NCBI GenBank assembly: GCA_037968755.1
Contig: JBBKWB010000020.1
Coordinates: 2,228 to 66,227, forward strand
Direction: 5' to 3'
DNA: 64,000 nucleotides
From: Woeseia sp.
Lineage (GTDB): Bacteria > Pseudomonadota > Gammaproteobacteria > Steroidobacterales > Woeseiaceae
The position numbers and the translations under genes were made by a program. The notes beneath the pieces were generated by a model. That model was not told the origin of the DNA. It saw only the letters and a list, made by a program, of their open reading frames with translations, and did no database searches. Positions 37,538 to 47,377 of the stretch are shown piece by piece; the first letter of the stretch is position 1; every line of letters begins with the position of its first letter.

Positions 37538-38020
37538 CTACTCTTCGCTGCTCAGCGAGGGCTTCATCAGCAGGTAGACAATGAGCGCAAGCCACATGAT
37601 GGTGACTATGATCCAGCGAATGTCGTTTAGCATCATCCATTCGCTTAGCAATTCAGTCAGTCGCGCCTGCTCGACACCCGATGCTATCTGCTTGTTTACT
37701 GGGATTATCAGAAATCGGCCAACGAGTGTTGCGCCAACGACACCCAAAAGTCCGATGATTGCATGCCAGCGAAAGCGGGTTTTCCATTCCATCCGAATCA
37801 TGTTGATGCTGGTCAGGAACATGATCGGAACGACGATCGTAAAAAAACGAGTCGCTGCGCTGGTTGGCAGAATGAAATGATCCTGCACGTTGTCGACGTT
37901 CATGACCTCCCAGCTTGGATACCAAAAATAGTGCAGCGCCCACAAGACCCCCATGTAGACGGTCGCGCCAAACATCAGCAGGATGTGGTTTGCGCCAACT
38001 AACAACTGTTTCGTATTCAT
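37538..38020 (-). CDS. DUF1772-like (anthrone-oxygenase-type) membrane protein
   Basis: 160 aa with 4 TM helices. The PVNKQI...W..LNDIRW pattern resembles DUF1772. Confidence 0.45.
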   Translation of the reverse strand: MNTKQLLVGANHILLMFGATVYMGVLWALHYFWYPSWEVMNVDNVQDHFILPTSAATRFFTIVVPIMFLTSINMIRMEWKTRFRWHAIIGLLGVVGATLVGRFLIIPVNKQIASGVEQARLTELLSEWMMLNDIRWIIVTIMWLALIVYLLMKPSLSSEE

Positions 38021-38032
38021 GATCGTGCTCCC

Positions 38033-38926
38033 CTATTCTTGATTCTCGTCCACCGATCGCCTGTCTGGCGGCTCTAGCCAGTCTTCACTTAGCCCGAGGT
38101 TTGCAACACTCTCCAGTCCTTCAGGCTGCTCGTTAACAGCGCCGTCGGACGTGATAAACCACGACTCAAAGTAATCGTCGAGTACTCCATTGGATGCCGG
38201 TAAGAATGCAGTAAACAATGGCCGAGACCGGACATTCAGCGACTTCAGAGGGGCCAGCCGCGGGTGGTCGCCGATAATCAGCCTGGCGCCCTTATTGCCG
38301 AACAACGAGAGGCCCATCTTGCCGCGGAAATAGATGTATGACTTCATCAACATACCGCGGAACTGGCAGAAATTTGCGGCACCAATATGAAACGGCACGC
38401 TGATCGGTGTGCTGCTCGGTCGATCAATCGTAATCCGCATTGCCAGTTGACCGTCGAGATCATACTGACTACTGACCAGATTTTCGGTGATGACAAAATC
38501 GAGGTTCGCCTTGTGCTTCGGCATTCCCCAAATGCCTTTGCCGCCTTTGACAGAAATTTCGGAGCTAACCGGCAGGTCAACGACAAACTGACCGACATCA
38601 TAGAATTTGAACAGCAGCGCATTGAGCACGGGCGGCGCTGGTTTTTTGCCATGAGTGCAGGCGATCGCAATACTGTACTCGACGTACTTGCCTATATCGG
38701 TGATGCGATAGTCGATCACAGTGATCATGAGAATTGCGCGATTGCCCCACAACCGAAACGGGTGCAGCTCATTCCCGGGCATGAGTGCAGTCGCCTTGTC
38801 GGCGTCAATCACGAATCCAGCCATCAACGCGGGTGATTCTTCTGAATTGACAGGCAAGTTGAACGGAATGCCGTCCACGAGCGCATGACGACCAGCTTGT
38901 CGCTTCAGACGTCTTGGGACTCCCAT
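38033..38926 (-). CDS. acetoacetate-decarboxylase-like (ADC-fold) protein
   Basis: 297 aa. The segment AILMITVIDYRITDIGKYVEYSIAIAC resembles the conserved ADC-family strand pair. Weak call made by eye. Confidence 0.4.
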   Translation of the reverse strand: MGVPRRLKRQAGRHALVDGIPFNLPVNSEESPALMAGFVIDADKATALMPGNELHPFRLWGNRAILMITVIDYRITDIGKYVEYSIAIACTHGKKPAPPVLNALLFKFYDVGQFVVDLPVSSEISVKGGKGIWGMPKHKANLDFVITENLVSSQYDLDGQLAMRITIDRPSSTPISVPFHIGAANFCQFRGMLMKSYIYFRGKMGLSLFGNKGARLIIGDHPRLAPLKSLNVRSRPLFTAFLPASNGVLDDYFESWFITSDGAVNEQPEGLESVANLGLSEDWLEPPDRRSVDENQE

Positions 38927-38945
38927 ATCAGGCCACCTTTGGTTG

Positions 38946-39980
38946 TTATCGTTCCAGTTCCGCGACCATCAGCGGAAATACGTCCTGCGCAGCATTCTTG
39001 CCCATGAACATATCCAGGTGACCGTACCCGGGAACAATGTGCAGGGTATCGATGTCGCGATATCGACGCAGGTACTCGTGAGTTTCAGCCTGGCTCTTGG
39101 CGAGAAAACAAAGATTATCTTCGCCTGCAAAGAGCGCAAATCGAGCAGTTGTTTGTGGCGCGCTGGCGGCAATGTCGTCCGGCAACTGTTGTGCATGATC
39201 AAACGGAATCAGGCTGCCATGATGAACGCATCGTGTAATCTGCTTGTAGAACGTCATTGGTACGTGATCGAATTCGTCACGCAGCCACTCATGCGTTTCA
39301 TCATTAAGATTCTCATGGCTCCACAACGCGGGGAATCCGGCACCGTAATAAAAACTCACCTGATGACAGACTGAATTGTCGCATTCCTTATGCGTGATCT
39401 GGCTGACCCGATAAAGAAATCGCGCTATGAAACTATCCGCGTTACTGTCCCACTTTGGATTCAGGTATTTCGTGAACAACCCAACGATGGGTACGACGAA
39501 AGTCAGCTTGAACCACGACCACTTCGGTACCACCGGGTGCAGTGAGACTGCATTGCTGACAATCGTATCAACCTGGGGCAGGAGCCCCGCCATCGCCGCC
39601 ATCGTGAAGCTGGTGGAGCCCTGGCAATGGATGATGGCCTTGATGGTTTCGGCGCCGGTTTCCTCGATGACCTTGGCGACGGCCCGCGGGTGATCGAATA
39701 GTGCCGCCTGATCCAACGTCCATTGGTTCGGTGGCAGATCGATGCTTGCACGCCAGTTTTCGAGCCAGACGTCAAAACCATGTTGCACGAGATAGTCGAC
39801 TACAGAGGTGGCAACCGGGGCACAGAAAATATTGGCGCGAACACCGGCGCCATGAACCAGCAGAACCGGCGCTTTGGTTGGTGGCTCAGTGCCGCGAACA
39901 TTGATCAGTGTGCACCCAAGGCCGTCGCCGGCCGTAAACGGCACGATTCTTTCGGTTAGCTCAAGTGTGCGAGATTCCAT
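38946..39980 (-). CDS. alpha/beta-fold hydrolase
   Basis: LLVHGAGV oxyanion-region motif, nucleophile-elbow-like IIHCQGST, late GYGHLDMF His motif. Confidence 0.65.
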   Translation of the reverse strand: MESRTLELTERIVPFTAGDGLGCTLINVRGTEPPTKAPVLLVHGAGVRANIFCAPVATSVVDYLVQHGFDVWLENWRASIDLPPNQWTLDQAALFDHPRAVAKVIEETGAETIKAIIHCQGSTSFTMAAMAGLLPQVDTIVSNAVSLHPVVPKWSWFKLTFVVPIVGLFTKYLNPKWDSNADSFIARFLYRVSQITHKECDNSVCHQVSFYYGAGFPALWSHENLNDETHEWLRDEFDHVPMTFYKQITRCVHHGSLIPFDHAQQLPDDIAASAPQTTARFALFAGEDNLCFLAKSQAETHEYLRRYRDIDTLHIVPGYGHLDMFMGKNAAQDVFPLMVAELER

Positions 39981-40168
39981 TTGTCAATACGGTCTCTTGG
40001 CGGAGCACTGCTGTCTGGAGCTGGCGTCGCGACCGACATAATACCTCGAATCGCCCTCTAGATGCGACTTCAATCCCATATACGCCGGGCGTTCTGGGGC
40101 GCATAATAGGCTACCGATGGCGGCGTCAGACGCGCCCAGGTGGCGATACAGGCGAGGAGTAATGGCAG

Positions 40169-41854
40169 ATGAAACGGCGAGTTACTCTCTTGCTTCTAAC
40201 AGCATCGATCGTCATTGCGAGCTGCACGCATATTCGCATTCACGACCTGGACACATCTGCTCCAGAGCAGACCGTCGAGCTCAAGAATCGGGACGTTGCA
40301 AAATGGACCGAACATTACGCCGCGTCAATCGTTCCACCGATCCAGTTCTGCCGTTCGCTCGGTAGCGGTGACGGCCCGATTTGTGACAACGCACTGCCGC
40401 AATCGGACGGTCGCGTCATTTTCTCGTTCGTGCATCTGTCAGACGTGCAACTTTATGATGAGCGTGTCGTCATTGTCAGTCGCGCCGTCGCCGAGCTGTT
40501 CGACCGGTTTGTTGACTCCGCACGACTGGAAATCGCGCAGGCAAAGCACGATGCGGCAGTCTATCTAGCGATGGTTGAAGCCATCAATCGATGGAATGAT
40601 GGTCTGTGCGAGGCGAACGGCGGCGCCACCGAACACAATCCGATGTTCGTAGTACACACAGGGGATGAGATTCATGCAGACGTCTACCAGGAATTGTGGG
40701 AGTTTCTGCATATCACGTCCAAACTGCGATTACCCTGGTTTCCGCTCATTGGCAATCACGATGTAATGACGTTCGGAACGCGGCCCGCGGCCCGGGAAAC
40801 TGTGACTAAGATAGAAACCGATCGGCCGTCACTTGCAATGAACCTCGTGCGTACCCCCGACGAATTCATGAGCTTTCACAATACGGACAAGAGCGCCACG
40901 TTGCCGCCGGGTATCGAGATGACGTTGCCACCGTATTCACCGTCATCGCCAACCTGCGACGTGGGCGTGCGCGGCGACGACGAGCCTCCCGCCCGCAACC
41001 CGTTTGACGACTATGAAATTGAAGGCGCACGAGGCGCAAGCGAGGCGGGATCGGCGTGTGCCGCCTGGTCCAATTACCAAAGCGAGCTGGCTGAAACGGG
41101 CGGGCGCCGAGGATACTATTCCTGGACCTACAATAGCCCGATGTCGAGAATTCCCCAGTCATGGCGCGAACGGACTGTAGCGAAGCAGAATATTCGCCTG
41201 CGCTATCTGTTCCTGAATACTGCCCAGGATATTACTTTCAGCTCCGGCGGCATGAAGCGTGACCAGTTGGCCTGGGCGCAGTGCCAGCTGGAGCGTGCCG
41301 CTGAGAACAACGAGTACGTGCTGGCATTTGGGCATCACCCGCTGTCTTCATTATTTTCCGAAAGCGAAGGTATCGGCGCGCGCAATGCCGACTATACTCA
41401 GATTGCGAAGTCGCTGATCGAATCGTTTGCCGACAATGAACGGTTTCTTGGCTATTTTACCGGTCACACGCATCGCTACGACCATCAAAAATTGTGCGGC
41501 CAATCCGGACGCTGCTTTTATGAAGTGCAGGCGCCATCGGCCGTCCAGCAGGTCCCGCAAGCTGGCTTGCTGGTGCGCGTTGTAGAGCCGCGGCTCTCAC
41601 AGGGGCGCAAAGTTATTGTCGAGGTACACCCTTTCGTTGGGCCGTATGTTGAAACCGGCTACGCGGATCTCGACTGCGATAACGATATTGCCGATGCGGG
41701 TCCCGAGTTGCCGACGCTGGCAGAGGCTGCACGACTGGGTTCGATGGGATCATTGCGGCATACGGGTTGCCGCAAGACTGGTGGCTACCGCAACGAACTC
41801 GAAAAGTTGCAACCGCTGATTCTCGAGACGGAAGTATCGGCGCCGATGGGCTAA
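40169..41854 (+). CDS. metallophosphoesterase lipoprotein
   Basis: Lipobox IVIASC. Motifs FVHLSDVQ, HTGDEIH, GNHDV, GHHP and GHTHRYD. GAGGAG Shine-Dalgarno sequence upstream. Confidence 0.75.
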   Translation: MKRRVTLLLLTASIVIASCTHIRIHDLDTSAPEQTVELKNRDVAKWTEHYAASIVPPIQFCRSLGSGDGPICDNALPQSDGRVIFSFVHLSDVQLYDERVVIVSRAVAELFDRFVDSARLEIAQAKHDAAVYLAMVEAINRWNDGLCEANGGATEHNPMFVVHTGDEIHADVYQELWEFLHITSKLRLPWFPLIGNHDVMTFGTRPAARETVTKIETDRPSLAMNLVRTPDEFMSFHNTDKSATLPPGIEMTLPPYSPSSPTCDVGVRGDDEPPARNPFDDYEIEGARGASEAGSACAAWSNYQSELAETGGRRGYYSWTYNSPMSRIPQSWRERTVAKQNIRLRYLFLNTAQDITFSSGGMKRDQLAWAQCQLERAAENNEYVLAFGHHPLSSLFSESEGIGARNADYTQIAKSLIESFADNERFLGYFTGHTHRYDHQKLCGQSGRCFYEVQAPSAVQQVPQAGLLVRVVEPRLSQGRKVIVEVHPFVGPYVETGYADLDCDNDIADAGPELPTLAEAARLGSMGSLRHTGCRKTGGYRNELEKLQPLILETEVSAPMG

Positions 41855-41939
41855 CCCGACCTGGCGAATCGACATGGCGGCAAGTCGGCAGGCACTCGGA
41901 ATAGTAGAGAGGGGCAATGACGCGGGTGAAACGGGGCGT

Positions 41940-42272
41940 ATGAATTTCGCGAACAACAATACTGGCAAGGTTACTTGGCTGACATTGGTGGTTGTCATCG
42001 TCGCCCTGTTGCTGATTGCGCCGTTTATTGTGCGCCTGATTACCCCAATGGAATCGAAATTGCCGAACACTAGCCTCGTAACGGAAGATGATGACGAGGC
42101 CGCGGGTACGCCCAACACCGCACCCAGCCTGGTGACCGAGGACGATGACATTGAATATGGCGCGGTAATCGCCCCAGATGTACCGACAGATGCCGAGCCC
42201 ATCGCGATCGATGGTGCCGCTCAACCCGACTCTACTAGCGGCGAAAGAGCGCTTACCGATGAACCAAAATAG
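41940..42272 (+). CDS. small single-pass membrane protein with acidic repeat tail
   Basis: Start set at Met23. TM segment WLTLVVVIVALLLIAPFIV. SLVTEDDD occurs twice. 14-nt overlap with the CHAT gene start. Confidence 0.45.
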   Translation: MNFANNNTGKVTWLTLVVVIVALLLIAPFIVRLITPMESKLPNTSLVTEDDDEAAGTPNTAPSLVTEDDDIEYGAVIAPDVPTDAEPIAIDGAAQPDSTSGERALTDEPK

Positions 42273-45042
42273 CGTACGCGGCAAATCCCGCTTGTTATCG
42301 GCTATGGCCATAATTGCGCTGTCGTTAGCCGCACACGCGCAGGAGCCTGGGCCTGCTCCGAGCCTGAGCGCTGAGGAAAGTCCGGCGTTACTTGAGCAGG
42401 CCGTTATTTCGCAGCCCCAGCGAAACTCGATCCAGGAATGCGATAAGCAGTACAAATCGAAGCACTACGACGAGGCGTTGCGCGACTGTCGCCAGGTGCT
42501 CAACAACCTCAGCGCTGACGCCGACGGGGCCAATGTTGCCGCCGCACGCTACCGTGTTGCGCTGGTGCTCAACGCGATGAACCAACCGCAGGAAGCCCTC
42601 ACGGAATTGCGCCAAAGCCAGGAGGAAGCGCAGCAATCGGGTGCCTGGAAAGAAGCACTATATGCCCTCAATCGGCAAGGTACGATTCTGCAAAAAACCG
42701 GCAACCCCAGAAGCGCAGCCGCTGCGTATACCGAGGCAATTCAACTTCAAGACAGACTTCCGGATTCACCAACGTTAGTGCATGCACGATCGAACCGTGG
42801 TGCAGCCCTGTTCGAACTTGGCGACTACAGCGGTGCATTGGAAGATCTCGAAATGGCGGTTCGCGACTACGAGAATTTGCAGCACACGGCTGGCTTGACG
42901 TCCGCGCATATCAATCTCGGTCTCATCCACCAGGCGTTAGGTGACTATCGATTTGCCGAGGACGAGTTTAGCCAATCGCTCGACATCGCGCGCAATGTAT
43001 CCGCGGACAAGAGACGGACGGCCGAGGCGTTGCACAATCTGGGTTATCTCGCAGGCATGCGAGGAGACCATGCGTCCGCCCAGAATTTCTACAGTGACGC
43101 GCTAACGAACTACGCTGCGCGCGAGCCAGGGCGAACAACGACGATGAATAATCTTGGTGTGACGCTCGGTGAACGTGGCGACTACGTTGCCGCCGAGCGT
43201 ACGCTAAATCAAGCACTGTCCAGTGCGCGTACAAATGAGCAGCGGGCGGTTGAGGGCCGAACACTTGACAGCCTGGCAACCGTGCAAGCGTACCAAGGGA
43301 AGAACCAGGCAGCATTGGGGAATTATCAGCTCGCGCTAGTCATTGAGCAGGAAACCGGGGACCGTGAGGGACAGCGCATGACGCTGGCCAATATCGGCGA
43401 ACAGTTGCGCAACCGCGGCGAGCTCGAACTTGCGACAGTATTCTACAAGCGCTCCGTGAACGTCACCGAAACGATACGTAGCGATCTCAAGACATTAACT
43501 CGTACACAACAAAGCATGTACGCCCGTACCGTGGCAGATACCTATCGCGAGTTGTCTGCCTTGCTACTCCAGCAGGGTCGCGTACTCGAAGCACAACGGG
43601 TGATCGACCTTCTGCAATTACAGGAGCTGGATGATTACCTCGGTACGCTACGCGGGAACGACGATTCTCAAGGCGTCCCACAGACGGTAGCGGAGCAAGA
43701 GCTGTTTGAGGAATACGATTCCCTCGCGGCGCGAGCTGTCAAAATTGGTCAGGAGCTCAACGCACTACGCGAAATACCGCCGGCCGAGCGGACTCCAGAG
43801 CAGCAGCGGCGCATGGATAGACTGGATGCGCTGCAAAAAAGACTGAATGAGGAATTTGCAGCGTTCATTACCAGTGATGAAGTGCAGCAGGCAGCTGCGC
43901 GTCTGAAGGATCAGATAGGGGATGAAGCGATCGAACTGGCAACACTCAAGAAGATAGGCAACAAATTAAGCGATCTTGACCACTCAGCCGTCGTACTTTT
44001 TCCCCTGGTTCTCGATGACCGCCTCGAGCTGGTGCTGGCAACGCCTGAGTCGCGGCCCATACACAAGAGTGTTGCGGTAACGCGTAACGAGTTGCGTGCG
44101 ACGGTCCTGGCATTTCGCGAAGCGCTACTCGATCCGGCACTTGATCCCAAGCCGCCCGCACAACAACTGTACAATTGGATTATCGCGCCACTAGCATCGC
44201 AACTCGAGGAGTTGCAAACGATCGCGATACTTTACGCGCCCGAAGACGCGCTGCGTTATGTGCCGCTTGCTGCTTTTCATGACGGCAAAAATTGGCTGAT
44301 CGACCGGTTTCGTATCAACAACTGGACGAGTTCATCGACCATGGATCTGGCGTCCTCAATATCGGGTGACCTTAAGATCGTCGGCGGCGCGTATACAACC
44401 GGCGAATACAGCTTCGAGATTGCGAATCAACAGTTCACTTTTTCTGGCTTGCCATTTGCCGGAGAAGAGATGGAAACGCTGGCCGCACGATTTGAGGGGA
44501 CCCTGTCTTTTCCGGGAGAAAAATTCGTTTTCGACGACATCTACCGTGAACGGGCGAACTTCAATGTACTCCATCTCGCAACCCACGCCGCAGCGGTGGT
44601 CGGACAACCGAGCGACTCGTTCATCTTGTTCGGCGATGGCGTACGGAAATCGATTCGCGACATACAGGCCCTGGATTTCGATCTTGATCTTGCCGTCCTG
44701 AGCGCCTGTGAAACCGCCGTCGGTGACACTCTCAGTAACGGCGTGGAGGTGCTGGGTCTTGGCTATGCGATGCAACAAAGTGGTGCGCGGTCGACAATCG
44801 CGTCGCTGTGGAGCGTTTCCGACGGCGGGACGCACGCTTTGATGAGCGAGTTTTACCGTCAGTTGCAAAACGGCAAGAGCCGTGCAGAGTCGTTACAGCT
44901 GGCGCAACGCTTACTGATTTCCAACGACAGGGTCGCGATTGCCAGTGCCAACCGCGGCGTAGTGATTGCAGGCGAGATCGAAAGCAAATTGTCTCATCCC
45001 TTTTATTGGGCACCGTTCATCATCGTTGGCAGCGGTCTGTAA
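42259..45042 (+). CDS. TPR-repeat CHAT-domain protein, exported
   Basis: Start set at MNQNSVRGKSRLLSAMAIIALSLAAHAQEP (signal peptide). Long TPR array. CHAT motifs VLHLATHA and LSACETA, followed by SLWSVSD. Confidence 0.85.
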   Translation: MNQNSVRGKSRLLSAMAIIALSLAAHAQEPGPAPSLSAEESPALLEQAVISQPQRNSIQECDKQYKSKHYDEALRDCRQVLNNLSADADGANVAAARYRVALVLNAMNQPQEALTELRQSQEEAQQSGAWKEALYALNRQGTILQKTGNPRSAAAAYTEAIQLQDRLPDSPTLVHARSNRGAALFELGDYSGALEDLEMAVRDYENLQHTAGLTSAHINLGLIHQALGDYRFAEDEFSQSLDIARNVSADKRRTAEALHNLGYLAGMRGDHASAQNFYSDALTNYAAREPGRTTTMNNLGVTLGERGDYVAAERTLNQALSSARTNEQRAVEGRTLDSLATVQAYQGKNQAALGNYQLALVIEQETGDREGQRMTLANIGEQLRNRGELELATVFYKRSVNVTETIRSDLKTLTRTQQSMYARTVADTYRELSALLLQQGRVLEAQRVIDLLQLQELDDYLGTLRGNDDSQGVPQTVAEQELFEEYDSLAARAVKIGQELNALREIPPAERTPEQQRRMDRLDALQKRLNEEFAAFITSDEVQQAAARLKDQIGDEAIELATLKKIGNKLSDLDHSAVVLFPLVLDDRLELVLATPESRPIHKSVAVTRNELRATVLAFREALLDPALDPKPPAQQLYNWIIAPLASQLEELQTIAILYAPEDALRYVPLAAFHDGKNWLIDRFRINNWTSSSTMDLASSISGDLKIVGGAYTTGEYSFEIANQQFTFSGLPFAGEEMETLAARFEGTLSFPGEKFVFDDIYRERANFNVLHLATHAAAVVGQPSDSFILFGDGVRKSIRDIQALDFDLDLAVLSACETAVGDTLSNGVEVLGLGYAMQQSGARSTIASLWSVSDGGTHALMSEFYRQLQNGKSRAESLQLAQRLLISNDRVAIASANRGVVIAGEIESKLSHPFYWAPFIIVGSGL

Positions 45043-45309
45043 TGTAATGAACGAGGACTTCGTCAACTAAGTAGTGCCGCGTATTCTGCAATTTGTGAAT
45101 TGACACGATGTAAGACTAGCCCTGTGAGTACGTCGAAAATAGAGCCCTCGGCAACATGCGCCAGTTTCCAATTGGTCCGGGGCGGGCTCCGCGGCTTCAG
45201 AGTATCCAAGCGCCGCCAGTTACTACGCGCCATTGAACGACACCTCTCAAGCAACCTGGCTGCCATGCCACACACACGAAGACATGCGAGCTGGCAGCTG
45301 CCCGACACC

Positions 45310-47109
45310 TCAGTCCTGTCGCAACACACCAGTAAGCGTCAGCACCACAATCGTCGACAGCGCCGCGCCGATGATAACGAACGCGCTGTGCAACAACAGC
45401 CAAAGCCAGCGCCACGAACCCACTGGCGTGAAGCGGCAGCGCAGGTCCTGGCCGACATCGATCACGGGCAGCGCCGCGTCGAGCGCATAGTGCATGACGT
45501 CCAGTCCCGGGCAGCCCTGTTCCACTGCAATTTCCGCCAGGCCGAATCCAAGCACGTAGGTGACTGGTTCCGGCGGGCTCTCGACCGGCAGGAACGGTTG
45601 ATTAAAGCCGAACAGCGCGGACGCGTACATCGCGCTGCCTAGCAAGACGAAGACAATGAACGACAGCACCGCGCGGCTCGTCGAGTAACCGTGCTGGCTG
45701 ACCAACATCAGGAGCTTCGGGAACAGCCGCCGCCAAGGGCGATCGACGCGGGCTGTGAGACGCATGCGAATCTTCTCAACAGCAATCTCGTTCGCTTCCT
45801 GGGTCTGGCCGTGTTGCCGCAATACGCGGGACAGCTGCTCGTAGGGCTGCGGCCGGAAACTCGCTGCGTTCGGCGTGCCATCCGGAAACTGGCGGCGCAA
45901 CCATGCGATGCGCTTGGCGACCAACTCGCCGCCTTCAACATGGTTGATGCGCACGTACGATGCGCCGTCGATATCGAGAAAGCCCGCGGCAGGCCAACCA
46001 CTCTCGGAATTGTCGAGGATGGCCGTGACCTGCATGCCGGTCAGCAGGAACCAGCCCCGCACCGGTACCAGCCCTTCCTCGTCCAGTGCATAGATGTTGC
46101 GAAAGCCGAGGGCATTCGAGATACGTGCTTGCCGCAGGTTAACGGCAATCGGCCCGCCCTTACGCAGCAGGCCACCGTAATCCGGCCCCGGCTGCAGTCG
46201 CGCGTTAGTGAGGAAGAAGCCACCGCCAATAATCGCCGTGAGGAAATTGAGCCGGCCGCGGGCCTCGAACGGAAGATCCGCATCCTGGTTCGCCACCAGG
46301 AACACGGACTCGACTTGCAGGTCCTCGCAATGCAAGGCGCGCCCTTCCGGATTCGACAAGCGCGCGCCTGCGCAACTCAGGTCGCCCGCGATATTGGCCG
46401 CTGCGAAGATGACCTCGCCGTTAGCTTCGAAACGATGCTCGCCGACTGTGACGAGATCCACATCGTTGCCAACCTTGATGGCCCGCGCGCTGAGCGCGGC
46501 CGCGCCGGCGCCGTCGAGCGAGGCGCCGGCCAGCGAGACGTCGCCGTCAATAGGTGCACCTGCGAGACGCACGGTACGTTTCGCGATAAACCGCGACGTC
46601 GCGGTGGACGACAGGTCGAGCTTGCCGCCGATAGCCGCATTGTTCAGGTGGATGGCGCAGCTGCCGACGTGACTGAGCTCCGATTCGTAATCGCTGACAC
46701 CGGACAACTGCGAACCCGACAGGTCCAGGTCGGCACGAACGCGCAGGCTTGCACCGATGAAGGCCGGCAACGTGCAGTCAACGAACCGCAGCACCAGGAA
46801 TTCGGCACCGCTCATGTCAACGGGGGAATTGAAGTCGCAGTTTCTGAACTGCACTGCCAGGCGACCACTGTTCGTAGTTGCAGATGGCGGCGTCAATGCC
46901 CCGATAATACGAGCACCGCGAATACGCAATGGGCAGCACAAATCACCGTGCGCGCCGGATATGACGCGCTGCAGAAACTCGGCGGGAATCTGACGTTGTG
47001 CTTCCGGGAGTGTCGAAAAATCGGCAACCGTCCGACCTTCGAGTGCGTCGAAGATCCGCTGTTGCACTGCGTCCGCGGGGTCCGCGGAGTTATTCGATAC
47101 CTCGACCAT
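45310..47109 (-). CDS. repeat-containing (pentapeptide/beta-helix-like) protein with C-terminal TM helices
   Basis: Start moved to Met50 (ATG 47109), preceded by GGAGGGGAG. The central region has degenerate short repeats (LDLSGSQLSGV, LDLSSTATS, VSLAGASLDGAG). Three C-terminal TM helices. Confidence 0.55.
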   Translation of the reverse strand: MVEVSNNSADPADAVQQRIFDALEGRTVADFSTLPEAQRQIPAEFLQRVISGAHGDLCCPLRIRGARIIGALTPPSATTNSGRLAVQFRNCDFNSPVDMSGAEFLVLRFVDCTLPAFIGASLRVRADLDLSGSQLSGVSDYESELSHVGSCAIHLNNAAIGGKLDLSSTATSRFIAKRTVRLAGAPIDGDVSLAGASLDGAGAAALSARAIKVGNDVDLVTVGEHRFEANGEVIFAAANIAGDLSCAGARLSNPEGRALHCEDLQVESVFLVANQDADLPFEARGRLNFLTAIIGGGFFLTNARLQPGPDYGGLLRKGGPIAVNLRQARISNALGFRNIYALDEEGLVPVRGWFLLTGMQVTAILDNSESGWPAAGFLDIDGASYVRINHVEGGELVAKRIAWLRRQFPDGTPNAASFRPQPYEQLSRVLRQHGQTQEANEIAVEKIRMRLTARVDRPWRRLFPKLLMLVSQHGYSTSRAVLSFIVFVLLGSAMYASALFGFNQPFLPVESPPEPVTYVLGFGLAEIAVEQGCPGLDVMHYALDAALPVIDVGQDLRCRFTPVGSWRWLWLLLHSAFVIIGAALSTIVVLTLTGVLRQD

Positions 47110-47325
47110 GCCGAACTCCCCTCCACGTGTGGAGCTGTGCCGCGAATGATAGCAGCCTTGTTGGTGCGCCAGTCGTTCGTGCCGTGGTTCGCCACTCCGG
47201 GTTAGCGGACAACTTGGGAGATGATCGGAAGGCCGACTGAGCTGGTGGGGCAACATTCACTTCGGCAAATGAAGAACTCGGCGGCTCTGGATCTCAGTCT
47301 TTTCGCAGTACGCTGATATAAATGC

Positions 47326-47373
47326 TGGCAAAGAGCGGAATCGAACCACCGACACGCGGATTTTCAGAGCGCA
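47326..47373 (-). other. tRNA-Phe(GAA)-like 3' fragment (anticodon loop to acceptor 3' strand), att-like direct repeat copy 1
   Basis: Reverse complement reads CTGAAAA-TCCGC-GTGTC-GGTGG-TTCGATT-CCGCT-CTTTGCC-A. No matching acceptor 5' strand or D-arm upstream. The 34-nt core 47335-47368 is identical to 49623-49656. Confidence 0.7.
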
Positions 47374-47377
47374 CGCG

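Noticed and set aside
45691-47205. 504-aa ORF on the plus strand
   Set aside because: It lies entirely antisense to the 45310-47109 gene. The sequence is Arg/Ala/Gly-rich and low-complexity, with no start context or motifs, which is the typical shadow ORF of GC-rich coding DNA. The minus-strand frame has a strong Shine-Dalgarno sequence and TM helices.
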